NCBI GenBank assembly: GCA_963727485.1
Contig: CAVSGM010000003.1
Coordinates: 416,001 to 480,000 of the forward strand
Reading direction: 5' to 3'
DNA from: an uncultured delta proteobacterium
Lineage (GTDB): Bacteria > Myxococcota > Myxococcia > SLRQ01
DNA length: 64,000 nucleotides
In this document: positions 1 to 8,958 of the stretch, one piece after another
How the letters are laid out: each line of letters starts with the position of its first letter
How positions within the stretch are numbered: the first letter of the stretch is position 1
The notes under the pieces: model-generated
What the model was told of the DNA's origin: nothing
The model's database searches: none
The model's input: the letters and a program-made list of their open reading frames with translations, nothing else
Made by a program: the position numbers and the translations under genes

Positions 1-2
1 AG

Positions 3-590
3 GCCGAGGCCCAGGCGGCCGCCGAGGCCAAGGCGGCGGCGGACGCGGCGGCGAAGGCCAAGGCCGATGCCGAGGCCGCCGGCGCCGCGACCACCGAGGG
101 GACCCCCAAGGCCGGCGCCGACCAGGCGAAGGCGGCCGCGGACAACGCCAAGGCGGCCGCGGACAACGCCAAGGCCGGGGCCGATCAGGCCGCCGGGGCC
201 GCGGCGGGCGCCGCCGCCGAGCCCGCCAAGCCCACGCTCACCAAGCCGGTGATGGTCGGCCTCTCGAACACGGTGCACATCGTGCTCATCACCGACCCCC
301 AGACCCTCCTGCCCTACACCCTGGTGAAGACCCGCGACACCGAGGTCACCACCCGGATGCCCACCGGCCAGGACGAGGTCCAGAAGCAGCACGAGAAGAT
401 CACCTACACCTTCGCCCACGGCGCGGCGGCGGTGGCCCCCAAGCCCATGGTGGCGCCCGCCCCCAAGACCCCGGCGCCGCCGGCGGACGGGGCGGCCAAG
501 CCCGCTGACGGCACGGCCAAGCCCGCTGACGGCGCCTCCGCACCCAGCGGCGCCGCGGCGAAGCAGCCCGCCACCGGCTCGAAGTCCTAG
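3..590 (+). CDS. 5'-truncated Ala/Lys/Pro-rich hypothetical protein
   Basis: Frame 3 is open from the window start (AEAQAAAEAKAAADAAAKAKADAE...) to TAG at 590, with typical GC3 codon usage and low-complexity linkers. Confidence 0.75.
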   Translation, partial: AEAQAAAEAKAAADAAAKAKADAEAAGAATTEGTPKAGADQAKAAADNAKAAADNAKAGADQAAGAAAGAAAEPAKPTLTKPVMVGLSNTVHIVLITDPQTLLPYTLVKTRDTEVTTRMPTGQDEVQKQHEKITYTFAHGAAAVAPKPMVAPAPKTPAPPADGAAKPADGTAKPADGASAPSGAAAKQPATGSKS

Positions 591-598
591 GCGAGCCG

Positions 599-1867
599 TT
601 GCGGGGTGCCCCGGTCGATTTGACGGCGTTCCGGCCCGTGCCCCGGACCGGGGTCATCTTCGTCACCACCGAGGCGGCGGCCGCCGGGTTCACCCCCGGT
701 GACCCCGCCTGGGCCAACCTGGGCCAGGGGATGCCCGAGACCGGCCCCCTGCCCGGGGCCCCGCCGCGCCTCGCGCACCTCGAGGTCGCCGAGGCGGACC
801 TGGAGTACGCCCCGGTCGCCGGGATCCCCGAGCTCCGGGAGGCCGTCGCCAGCCTCTACAACCACCTCTACCGGCGGGGGATGCCCTCCCAGTACGGGCC
901 GGAGAACGTGGCCATCGCCGGGGGCGGCCGGGCGGCGCTGACCCGGGCGGTGGCGGCGCTCGGCCAGGTGAACCTCGGGCACTTCCTCCCCGACTACACC
1001 GCCTACGAGGAGCTCCTCGACCTCTTCCGGAGCTTCACCCCCATCCCCATCCTCCTCGACCCGGGGCAGGGCTACGCCTTCCCGGTGGACAGCCTCCGCA
1101 AGGAGATCCTGGGGATGGGCCTGGGGGCGATCCTGCTCTCGAACCCCTGCAACCCCACGGGGAAGGTGATCCGCGGCGAGGAGCTCGCCGGGTGGGTGGC
1201 GGCGGCGCGCGAGCTCGACTGCGCGCTGGTCCTCGACGAGTTCTACAGCCACTACATCTGGACCGGCAACGGCGACGCCCCGGCGGCGCCGGTGAGCGCC
1301 GCGGCCCATGTCGAGGACGTGGAGCAGGACCCGGTGATCGTCGTCGGCGGCCTCACCAAGGACTGGCGCTACCCGGGGCTGCGGGTGAGCTGGGCGCTGG
1401 GGCCGTCCACGGTGGTCGAGGCCATGGCCAGCGCCGGGAGCTTCCTCGACGGCGGCGGCGCCCGGCCCCTGCAGCGCGCCGCCTTGGGGCTGGTGACCCC
1501 GGAGCACGTCGCCGCCGAGCACGCGGCGCTCCACCAGGCGTTTGGCGCCAAGCGCACCCTGATGCTCGAGGGTCTCGAGCGCCTGGGCATCACCGTCGAC
1601 CGCTACCCCGAGGGCACCTTCTACGTCTGGGGGAACCTCGCGGGGCTCCCCGGCGAGCTCTCCGACGGCATGACCTTCTTCCGGGCGGCCCTCGCGGAGA
1701 AGGTCATCGTGGTCCCCGGGGAGTTCTTCGACGTGAACCCCGGCCGCCGGCGCCCCGGGCGGGCGAGCCGGTTCCGCAGCCACGTGCGCTTCTCCTTCGG
1801 CCCCGACGAGGCGCAGGTGCGCCGGGGGCTCGAGGGGCTGGCCCGCGCCGTGGGCCGCGCCGGCTAG
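599..1867 (+). CDS. PLP-dependent aminotransferase class I/II (start uncertain, TTG 599 or 620)
   Basis: NLGQGMPE, SNPCNPTG, DEFY and GGLTKDWRYPGLRVSW (PLP lysine) motifs, plus VRFSFG. Confidence 0.9.
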   Translation: MRGAPVDLTAFRPVPRTGVIFVTTEAAAAGFTPGDPAWANLGQGMPETGPLPGAPPRLAHLEVAEADLEYAPVAGIPELREAVASLYNHLYRRGMPSQYGPENVAIAGGGRAALTRAVAALGQVNLGHFLPDYTAYEELLDLFRSFTPIPILLDPGQGYAFPVDSLRKEILGMGLGAILLSNPCNPTGKVIRGEELAGWVAAARELDCALVLDEFYSHYIWTGNGDAPAAPVSAAAHVEDVEQDPVIVVGGLTKDWRYPGLRVSWALGPSTVVEAMASAGSFLDGGGARPLQRAALGLVTPEHVAAEHAALHQAFGAKRTLMLEGLERLGITVDRYPEGTFYVWGNLAGLPGELSDGMTFFRAALAEKVIVVPGEFFDVNPGRRRPGRASRFRSHVRFSFGPDEAQVRRGLEGLARAVGRAG

Positions 1868-3231
1868 CGGCCCGGCGTGGGCGCGCCGTCGGCCCGGGCG
1901 CCGGGGAGGCTCCGCAGCGCGTCGATCTCCCGGCCGAGGACCCGCTCCATCGCCGGGTCGTAGCCCGTGTGCCGGTAGCGGATGCGCCCCTCGGGCCCGA
2001 TCACCAGCACCGTGGGGATGGCGTCGAGGTGGAGGGCCTGGGCGCCGGCGTCGCCGGCGAGGTGGCCCATGGGCACCGTGGTCCCCCGCTTGTGGAGGAA
2101 GCGCCGGACCACGGTGAGATCATCGTCCACCGAGACCCCGAGGAAGCGCACCCCCTCGCCCCGGTAGTGGGCGAAGAGGGACTCCATGTGGGGGAGCTCG
2201 GCGAGACACGGCCGGCACCAGGTGGCCCAGAACCACACCACCGCCACGTGCCCCTGGGCCAGCTGACGGGTGTCGATGGGCTGGCCCTCGAGGGTGGTGG
2301 CGGCGAAGGTCGGCAGGGGCTGGCTCTGGGCGTGGTGAAGTACCTGGAGGCGCGCGGCCTGCCGCTCGGCGGCCTGGTCCTCGGCCGAGGCCTTCCGCGC
2401 GGCGTCGAGGAGCCGGTCCACGTCGACCCGGCCCCGGAGCTTCTCCAAGGCCGCCTTGGCGGGCTTCGCCCCGTCGCCCCCGAGGGCCACCGCCCGGGCG
2501 AGGTGCTCGGCCGCCTTCTCCACGTGCCCCTGCTTCAGGAGCGCCTCGCCGAGGTGGTAGTGGACCTCGGAGGCGTCGAGGAGGGCCACCGCCCGGGTCA
2601 GGTCCTTCACCGCGTCGTCGGTCTCCCCGAGCTTGAGGAGCACCCACCCCTCGGTGTCGAGGTAGGCGCCCCGGCGGGAGCGCAGGGCCTTCGCCCGCCG
2701 CTCGCTCCCCTGGCCGGCCCCCTGGCTCTCGAGGTGGTCGAGGATTTGGAGCGCCTGGTCGACCCGGACGTAGGCCTCGGTGAGGTGGGTCCCCGCCTCG
2801 CCGTAGGCGTAGGCCATGGCGTTGAGCATGTCCGCGGTGGGCAGGTCGTCACCGAGCGGCACGTCCCGGGCCACCTTGGCCATGGCCTCGAGGTTCCCGT
2901 CGTCGGCGTAGCCCTGGACCAGGATCCCGGCGACGAAGCCCCGGATCCCCGAGCCCGGGGGCAGCTGGGGGTAGACCTCGGCGAGGAGGGCGACCCGGTG
3001 CGCGGGGTCGTTGGTGCGCAGGGCCTCGTCGAGCTTGGCCTTGATCTCGCCCACGGTCATCGGGCGGGAGGCGGGGGTGGCGGCCCCGGTGTCGCCGGGG
3101 GCCTTGGCCTCGGCCTTCGCCTCTGCCGGCGGGGTGGGGCGGGGCGCGGCGGTGGCGCACCCGGCGAGGAGGAGCAGGACCGCGCTAGCGGCCGCCGCGA
3201 AGCTTGGAGATCTCGTCGAGGATGGCGTCAC
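1864..3231 (-). CDS. TPR-containing TlpA/redoxin-family thiol-disulfide lipoprotein
   Basis: Lipobox LLAGC, TPR-like helices (YLDTEGWVLLKLG, HYHLGEALLKQG) and a C-terminal FWATWCRPC redoxin domain. Confidence 0.85.
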   Translation of the reverse strand: MTPSSTRSPSFAAAASAVLLLLAGCATAAPRPTPPAEAKAEAKAPGDTGAATPASRPMTVGEIKAKLDEALRTNDPAHRVALLAEVYPQLPPGSGIRGFVAGILVQGYADDGNLEAMAKVARDVPLGDDLPTADMLNAMAYAYGEAGTHLTEAYVRVDQALQILDHLESQGAGQGSERRAKALRSRRGAYLDTEGWVLLKLGETDDAVKDLTRAVALLDASEVHYHLGEALLKQGHVEKAAEHLARAVALGGDGAKPAKAALEKLRGRVDVDRLLDAARKASAEDQAAERQAARLQVLHHAQSQPLPTFAATTLEGQPIDTRQLAQGHVAVVWFWATWCRPCLAELPHMESLFAHYRGEGVRFLGVSVDDDLTVVRRFLHKRGTTVPMGHLAGDAGAQALHLDAIPTVLVIGPEGRIRYRHTGYDPAMERVLGREIDALRSLPGARADGAPTPGR

Positions 3232-4333
3232 ACTCGGCCTCGGTGTTGTAGAAGTGCGGCGAGATGCGGATGCCGCTCTGGGGGCGGTAGTCGATGAGGA
3301 AGTCGCGCGCGATGAGGGCCTGGCTGACCGCCTCGGCGCCCTCGAAGTCCACGCAGATGGTCCCGCCCCGGGCGTGGTCCTCCACGGGGGTGTTCACCGT
3401 GAGCCCCTCGGCCCGCGCCCGCTCGAGGATGCGGCCGGTGAGGTGGAGGCTCCGGGCGCGGATCTTCTCCACGCCCACCTCGGCGATGATCTCGTAGCCG
3501 CTCCGGGCGCTGTAGAGCGCCGGCACCGAGGGCGAGCCGCCCATGAACCGGTGGATGTCGTCGGCGTAGTCGATCTCGCCCATCTCGAAGGCGAAGGGCC
3601 GCTTGTGGGAGAACCACCCGGTCATCGCGGGCTTGAGCTCCTCGATGTGGTCGGGGCGCACGTAGAGGTAGCATGCGCCGGGGCCCCCGCAGAGCCACTT
3701 CACCGAGCCGCCGACGCAGAAGTCCACGCCGAGCTCGGTGACGTCGAAGGGCACCGACCCGGTGGCCTGGTAGCTGTCCATGCACACCATCGCCCCCACC
3801 GAGTGGGCCTTCTCGATGATCGCCGCCATGTCCTGGACGGCGGCGCTGCGGAAGAGCACGTGGCTGATGGGGACGATCAGCGTCTCCTCGTCGATGGCGT
3901 CGAGGAGCTTCCCGGTGGGCGGGTGGATGCCGTCGTCGCTTGGGACCATCTCCACCCGGGCGCCGTGCTTGCGGTGCTCGAGCCACACGTAGGCCACCGA
4001 GGGGAAGTTGAGGTCGGTGAACACCACCTTGTTGCGCGTGCCCGCGAAGTCGAAGCACGAGGCGAGGATCGCCTGCAGGGTGGACACGTTCTGGTGCATC
4101 ATCACCGTGCCCTTGGGGGCGCCGATGATCTGGCCGATGAGGTCGGCGGTCTCGGTGACCCGGGGCAGCCACTTGTGCCAGGCCTCGACGCCCTCGTGGT
4201 CCCAGTCGTCGGCGAACTCGGTGAGGCGGTCACGCACCTTGCGGGGCATGGCGCCCAGCGAGTTGTTGATGAGGTAGACCTTGCGCTCGAGGATGGGAAA
4301 CTCGGCGCGCCACGCGAGGAGCTCGTCGTGCAT
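3185..4333 (-). CDS. kynU: kynureninase-like class V PLP enzyme
   Basis: [34 protein letters not shown] and [10 protein letters not shown] motifs. A TDO-like gene lies 2 kb away. Confidence 0.7.
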   Translation of the reverse strand: MHDELLAWRAEFPILERKVYLINNSLGAMPRKVRDRLTEFADDWDHEGVEAWHKWLPRVTETADLIGQIIGAPKGTVMMHQNVSTLQAILASCFDFAGTRNKVVFTDLNFPSVAYVWLEHRKHGARVEMVPSDDGIHPPTGKLLDAIDEETLIVPISHVLFRSAAVQDMAAIIEKAHSVGAMVCMDSYQATGSVPFDVTELGVDFCVGGSVKWLCGGPGACYLYVRPDHIEELKPAMTGWFSHKRPFAFEMGEIDYADDIHRFMGGSPSVPALYSARSGYEIIAEVGVEKIRARSLHLTGRILERARAEGLTVNTPVEDHARGGTICVDFEGAEAVSQALIARDFLIDYRPQSGIRISPHFYNTEAECDAILDEISKLRGGR

Positions 4334-4483
4334 GGGCTTTCGTACCATGGGCGGCCGGACCCGGTCACCCGCCCGGCGGTTGCGTCCCCCCGGAGGCCAC
4401 CCCAACGTGCGGACCCACCCCGAAGCACCCCGCCGCGCCCGCCGCCATGGTCAAGGCGGCCGGCGCTGGGGTAGAAGGTCGCC

Positions 4484-6482
4484 ATGCCCAAGGCCTCCGA
4501 CATCGACCAGCTCGCCGTCGACACCGTGCGCACCCTCGCCATGGACGCGGTCCAGAAGGCGAACTCCGGGCACCCGGGGACCCCCATGGCCCTGGCGCCG
4601 CTGGGGTGGATGCTCTTCCGCAAGCTGCGCCGCCACGACCCGGCCCACCCCGAGTGGGCCGACCGCGATCGCTTCGTCCTCTCGGCGGGCCACGCCTGCA
4701 TGCTCCAGTACGCCCTGCTCCACCTCACCGGCTACGACGTGTCCCTCGACGACCTCGAGCACTTCCGCCAGTGGGGCGCCAAGACCCCGGGCCACCCGGA
4801 GTACGGCCACACCCCGGGCGATCGAGGCGACCACCGGGCCGCTCGGCCAGGGGATCAGCATGGCGGTGGGCATGGCCATGGCCGAGCGGCACCTCGCCCG
4901 GCGCTTCAACCGCCCGGGCCACGCCCTCTTCGACCACCACACCTTCGTCATCGCCTCCGACGGCGACCTGATGGAGGGGGTGAGCAACGAGGCCTCCTCC
5001 ATCGCCGGGCACCTGAAGCTCGGCAAGCTCGTCGTCTTCTGGGACGACAACCACATCACCATCGACGGCCACACCGACATCTCCTTCACCGAGGACGTGG
5101 TCGCCCGCTACGCGGCGCTGGGCTGGCACACCCAGAGCGTCGACGACGGCCGGGACCTCGGCGCCCTCGAGGCGGCGGCGAAGGCGGCGATGGCCGACGA
5201 CCGGCCGAGCTTCATCCGGGTGCGCACCACCATCGGCTGGCCGGCGCCCCACAAGCAGGACACCCCGGGGGCCCACGGCTCGCCGCTGGGCGAGGACGAG
5301 GTGAGGGCCACCAAGGAGATCCTCGGCTGGGATCCCGACCAGCACTTCGTGGTGCCCGAGAAGCTCGGCGCCGAGCGCGAGGCGGTCCTCGCGGCGGGCC
5401 GCGAGCACTACGCCGACTGGGAGGCGCGCCTCGCCGCCTGGCGCGAGGGCGCCGGGGAGCTCGCCGCCGACCTCGACCGGGTCCTCGAGGGCCGGCTCCC
5501 GGAGGGCTGGGATGCCGGTCTGCCCACCTTCGACGCCGACCCCAAGGGCGTCGCCAGCCGCGCCGCCGGCCACCAGGTCCTCAACGCCCTGGGCCAGCGC
5601 CTCCCCGAGCTCGTCGGTGGCTCCGCGGATCTCGCCGCGTCCAACAAGACGAAGATCGACGGCGCCGCCGAGTTCGCCCCCGACGGCGAGGGGCTGCCCC
5701 GGGTGGTCCATTTCGGCATCCGCGAGCACGCCATGGGCGCCATCTTGAACGGCATGGCGCTGCACGGCGGGGTGACGCCCTTCGGCGCCACCTTCTTCGT
5801 GTTCACCGACTACATGCGCCCGGCGATCCGCATGGCCGCGCTCCAGAAGCTCCCGGTGCGCTACGTGTGGACCCACGACTCCATCGGCCTCGGCGAGGAC
5901 GGGCCCACCCACCAGCCCGTCGAGCACCTGGCCTCGCTCCGGGCGATGCCGGGGATGACGCTGTTGCGCCCGGCCGACGCCAACGAGACCCGGGAGGCGT
6001 GGATCGCCGCGATGCGCCGGGCGGGCCCCGCGGGCCTGGTGCTCTCGCGCCAGAACCTCCCCACCCTCGACCGGTCGCGCTACGCCGCCGCCGACGGGGT
6101 CCACCGGGGCGCCTACGTCCTCGAGGGCGACGACCCCGAGCTCATCCTCCTGGCCACCGGCAGCGAGGTCCACCTCGCCGTCGCCGCCCACGAGCAGCTC
6201 CTGAAGGACGGGGTGCGCAGCCGGGTGGTCAGCGTGCCCTCCTTCGCCCTCTTCCTGGAGCAGGACCAGGCGTACCAGGACCAGGTGCTGCCGCCGGCGG
6301 TGACGAAGCGGGTGGTGGTCGAGGCCGGGACCCGCTTCGGCTGGGAGCGGCTCGCCGGGAGCGAGGCCGGCTACGTGACCCTCGACCACTTCGGGGCCTC
6401 GGCGCCGGCGGGGGAGCTCTTCGCCCACTTCGGCTTCACCGTCGACCACGTGGTCGAGGTGGCCCGGGGGCTGCTGAAGTAG
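4484..6482 (+). CDS. tkt: transketolase (one frameshift near 4820)
   Basis: [17 protein letters not shown] and TPGHPE in one frame; [18 protein letters not shown] and [16 protein letters not shown] in the next. One extra G at about 4820. Confidence 0.95.
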
Positions 6483-7185
6483 GTGCGGCGCCGGGATTGG
6501 CGGCCCGTCCGGCTGAGGACTCCGGCCGCCACTCCCGGGTCAGCACGTTGATCACCCGCCACAGCTCCGGGAACATCTCCTCCACCGTCCCGTGGATGAG
6601 CTGGTGGGCGGGCACGTCCTTGAGGCTCTTCACGTCGGCGCCGATGATCCGGCGCACCAGGCTGAAGTGCACCGCCCGGAACTTCTGGAAGGCGCTGTCG
6701 AGCTCCATGAGCCCCTGGGCCAGCTGGTAGAGGTCCTCGTGGACCTCGGGGGTGCGGAAGAGCTCGGCGAGGCTCACCCCCCGCGCCGTCCGGGCGGTCT
6801 CGAAGGGCGGCCAGAGGAGCTCCGCGGCGTGGTCGAGGATCCAGTTGAACCCCGGCGAGTCCTGGCCCGAGCCGTGGCCGAGCCCCAGGCGGATGGGGTG
6901 GTAGTCCGCCGGGTCCATGCGCTCCAGGGGCCGGAGCTGGTGGCCGCAGATCCCCAGGATGTCCCCGCCGCGCTCCAGGAGCCGCGCCGCCTGGTGGAGC
7001 CGCCCGTCCGCCACCAGCGCCGGCACCCGGCGCAGGTCGTGGGCCAGGACCTTGAGCCACAGCTCCATGGCCTGGTGGGTGACCTGGAAGAGCAGCTCCT
7101 CCGGGTTGTTGAGGTCGGCCTCGTCCTTCTGGAGGGCCAGGAGCGCGTCGGTGCCGATGTAGGCCTCGTACTCGGTCTTCGCCAT
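6436..7185 (-). CDS. tryptophan 2,3-dioxygenase-family heme protein
   Basis: [51 protein letters not shown] and FPELW motifs. Confidence 0.85.
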   Translation of the reverse strand: MAKTEYEAYIGTDALLALQKDEADLNNPEELLFQVTHQAMELWLKVLAHDLRRVPALVADGRLHQAARLLERGGDILGICGHQLRPLERMDPADYHPIRLGLGHGSGQDSPGFNWILDHAAELLWPPFETARTARGVSLAELFRTPEVHEDLYQLAQGLMELDSAFQKFRAVHFSLVRRIIGADVKSLKDVPAHQLIHGTVEEMFPELWRVINVLTREWRPESSAGRAANPGAAPTSAAPGPPRPRGRR

Positions 7186-7288
7186 GGCGACGAGGTATCA
7201 CCCCCGGGGCCGCGGGGGTAGGCGCGGCGCGTCCAGATGCACCACGGGCCCGTCCGCGGGCGAGGCGGACGGGCCCGGGCGAAGGCGA

Positions 7289-8026
7289 TCAGTCGCCGTG
7301 GGCGGGGTGCACCGCGTGGCCGCGGTGGTCCTTGTCCTTCTTGGCGTCCTTCTTGGCCTTCTCGGCCTGGGCCTTGCTGGGCCTGGCCGGGTGCGCCGGG
7401 TGCGCGGCATGCGCCCCGTGGGCCGGCTGCGCCATCTGGTGCGACGGCAGGGGCCGGGTCGCGCGACGGGCCGGGGTCGGCCGCAGCGCCGGGTGCGCCG
7501 GGTGGGCGGGCATCGGCCGGGCGGCGGGACGGCCGGCGGGGCGGGCCTGGACGGCCGGGCCCGCGGGCTGCGCCGGGTGGCCGTAGGCGGGGTGGCCCTG
7601 GTTCACCGGGCGGCCCTGGTCGACCGGACGGCCCACCGGGCGGCCGGCGGGCCACGCCGGGTGCGAGGGATGGACCGGCTGGCCGAGGCGCCAGTAGTGC
7701 CCCTCACGCTGGAAGTCGGCGTCGAGGATCTGGCCGCCGGTGCTGGCGACCCACACCCGGAGGTGCTCGGTGACGAACGGCCGGGGGTGGGAGACCAGCA
7801 GCACCCGGTAGCGATCCGGACCCACCCGGGCCGCCTGGACGATGGACACCTGCCGCTGGCCGTGGCGCAGGCAGTAGTCCTGGGCGATCTGCCGCGCCTG
7901 GTAGAGGCTGATGGGCCGCTGGTAGGGCGGCATCGAGGTCGGGGGGACCGAGTGGTAGACGCAGCCGGCTCCGAAGAGGAGCACGGCGGCGGCGGCGGGC
8001 AGGGTCAGTCTGGCGAGTCGGGACAT
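7289..8026 (-). CDS. lipoprotein with PepSY-like domain and His/Pro/Ala-rich tail
   Basis: Lipobox FGAGC. ISLYQARQIA...YRVLL...VWVASTGGQIL resembles PepSY. The tail has HPA repeats and a basic end. Confidence 0.65.
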   Translation of the reverse strand: MSRLARLTLPAAAAVLLFGAGCVYHSVPPTSMPPYQRPISLYQARQIAQDYCLRHGQRQVSIVQAARVGPDRYRVLLVSHPRPFVTEHLRVWVASTGGQILDADFQREGHYWRLGQPVHPSHPAWPAGRPVGRPVDQGRPVNQGHPAYGHPAQPAGPAVQARPAGRPAARPMPAHPAHPALRPTPARRATRPLPSHQMAQPAHGAHAAHPAHPARPSKAQAEKAKKDAKKDKDHRGHAVHPAHGD

Positions 8027-8087
8027 GTCGGGCCTCCTGGCCGGTGGGTCGGACCGTCGGCAGGGACGACCGCCGGTCCGGGGATAT

Positions 8088-8783
8088 TCACGCAGTGAGC
8101 TCCAGGCGTCCGTCCGGGGTGAGCCCCTCGGGCCCGACCCGGAGCCGCGCCCCCAGGACCACCACCCCGGCCTCCCGGGCGTCGGCGAGGGCGTCGGCGA
8201 AGGTGGGATCGATGTCCCGGGCGGCCTCCAGGCGGTCGACGTCCCCGCGCTGGGCGATGAAGGCGACGGCGGCCCGGGTGCCCGCCCGGGCGAGGGCGGC
8301 GAGCTCGGCGAGGTGCCTCGCGCCCCGGGCGGTGACCGCGTCGGGGAAGCGGGCGAGGCTTCCGGCGGCGAGGGTCACCGACTTGCACTCCACCCAGGTG
8401 GGCGTGCCGTCCGGGGCCTCGAGGCGCCAGTCGAAGCGCGAGCGCCCCAGGCGCACCTCGGGGCGCCGGGCGGCGACCTCGCCCAGCTCCGGGAAGGCGC
8501 CCTGATCGAGGAGGAGCGGGAAGGCGTCGTTGGCCCGCGTCGTCACCGTGCCCACCCACGCCGAGGGCTCCCGCATGGCGACGCAGGTCCACAACAGCTT
8601 GCGCTTCCCCTCGGGGTAGGGCCCGTCGAGGAGGACCGCCCGGCCCGGGGCGGCGGTGCCGGTGAGGCGCCCGGGGTTCGGGAGGTGGGCCTCGACCACC
8701 TCGCCGGTGGCCTCGAGGCGGCACCGGGCGGCGAAGCGGTGGGGCCGCTCCAGGAAGGTCCCGGGCACCGGCGCGGACGCCAC
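8088..8783 (-). CDS. sfsA: SfsA-family DNA/RNA nuclease (start approximate)
   Basis: RPHRF, AHLPNPGRL, SRFDW, VECKSVTL, FPDAVTARGARHLAEL and IDPTFA motifs. Confidence 0.9.
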   Translation of the reverse strand: MASAPVPGTFLERPHRFAARCRLEATGEVVEAHLPNPGRLTGTAAPGRAVLLDGPYPEGKRKLLWTCVAMREPSAWVGTVTTRANDAFPLLLDQGAFPELGEVAARRPEVRLGRSRFDWRLEAPDGTPTWVECKSVTLAAGSLARFPDAVTARGARHLAELAALARAGTRAAVAFIAQRGDVDRLEAARDIDPTFADALADAREAGVVVLGARLRVGPEGLTPDGRLELTA

Positions 8784-8958
8784 CCGGGTCAGGGGCAGGG
8801 ACCGCGGCGCGCTTGCCCCCCGGTCGGGGCGTCGTGGTCGGGGCGCAGGGATGGGCTCACGAAACCACAGGCCCGCGCCCGCGGGCAACCAGGGCAGGAC
8901 GCAGGAGGTGGGCGTCGCCGGTCAACTCCCGGCCGCCCCGGCCGATGGGAAGGGCAAG

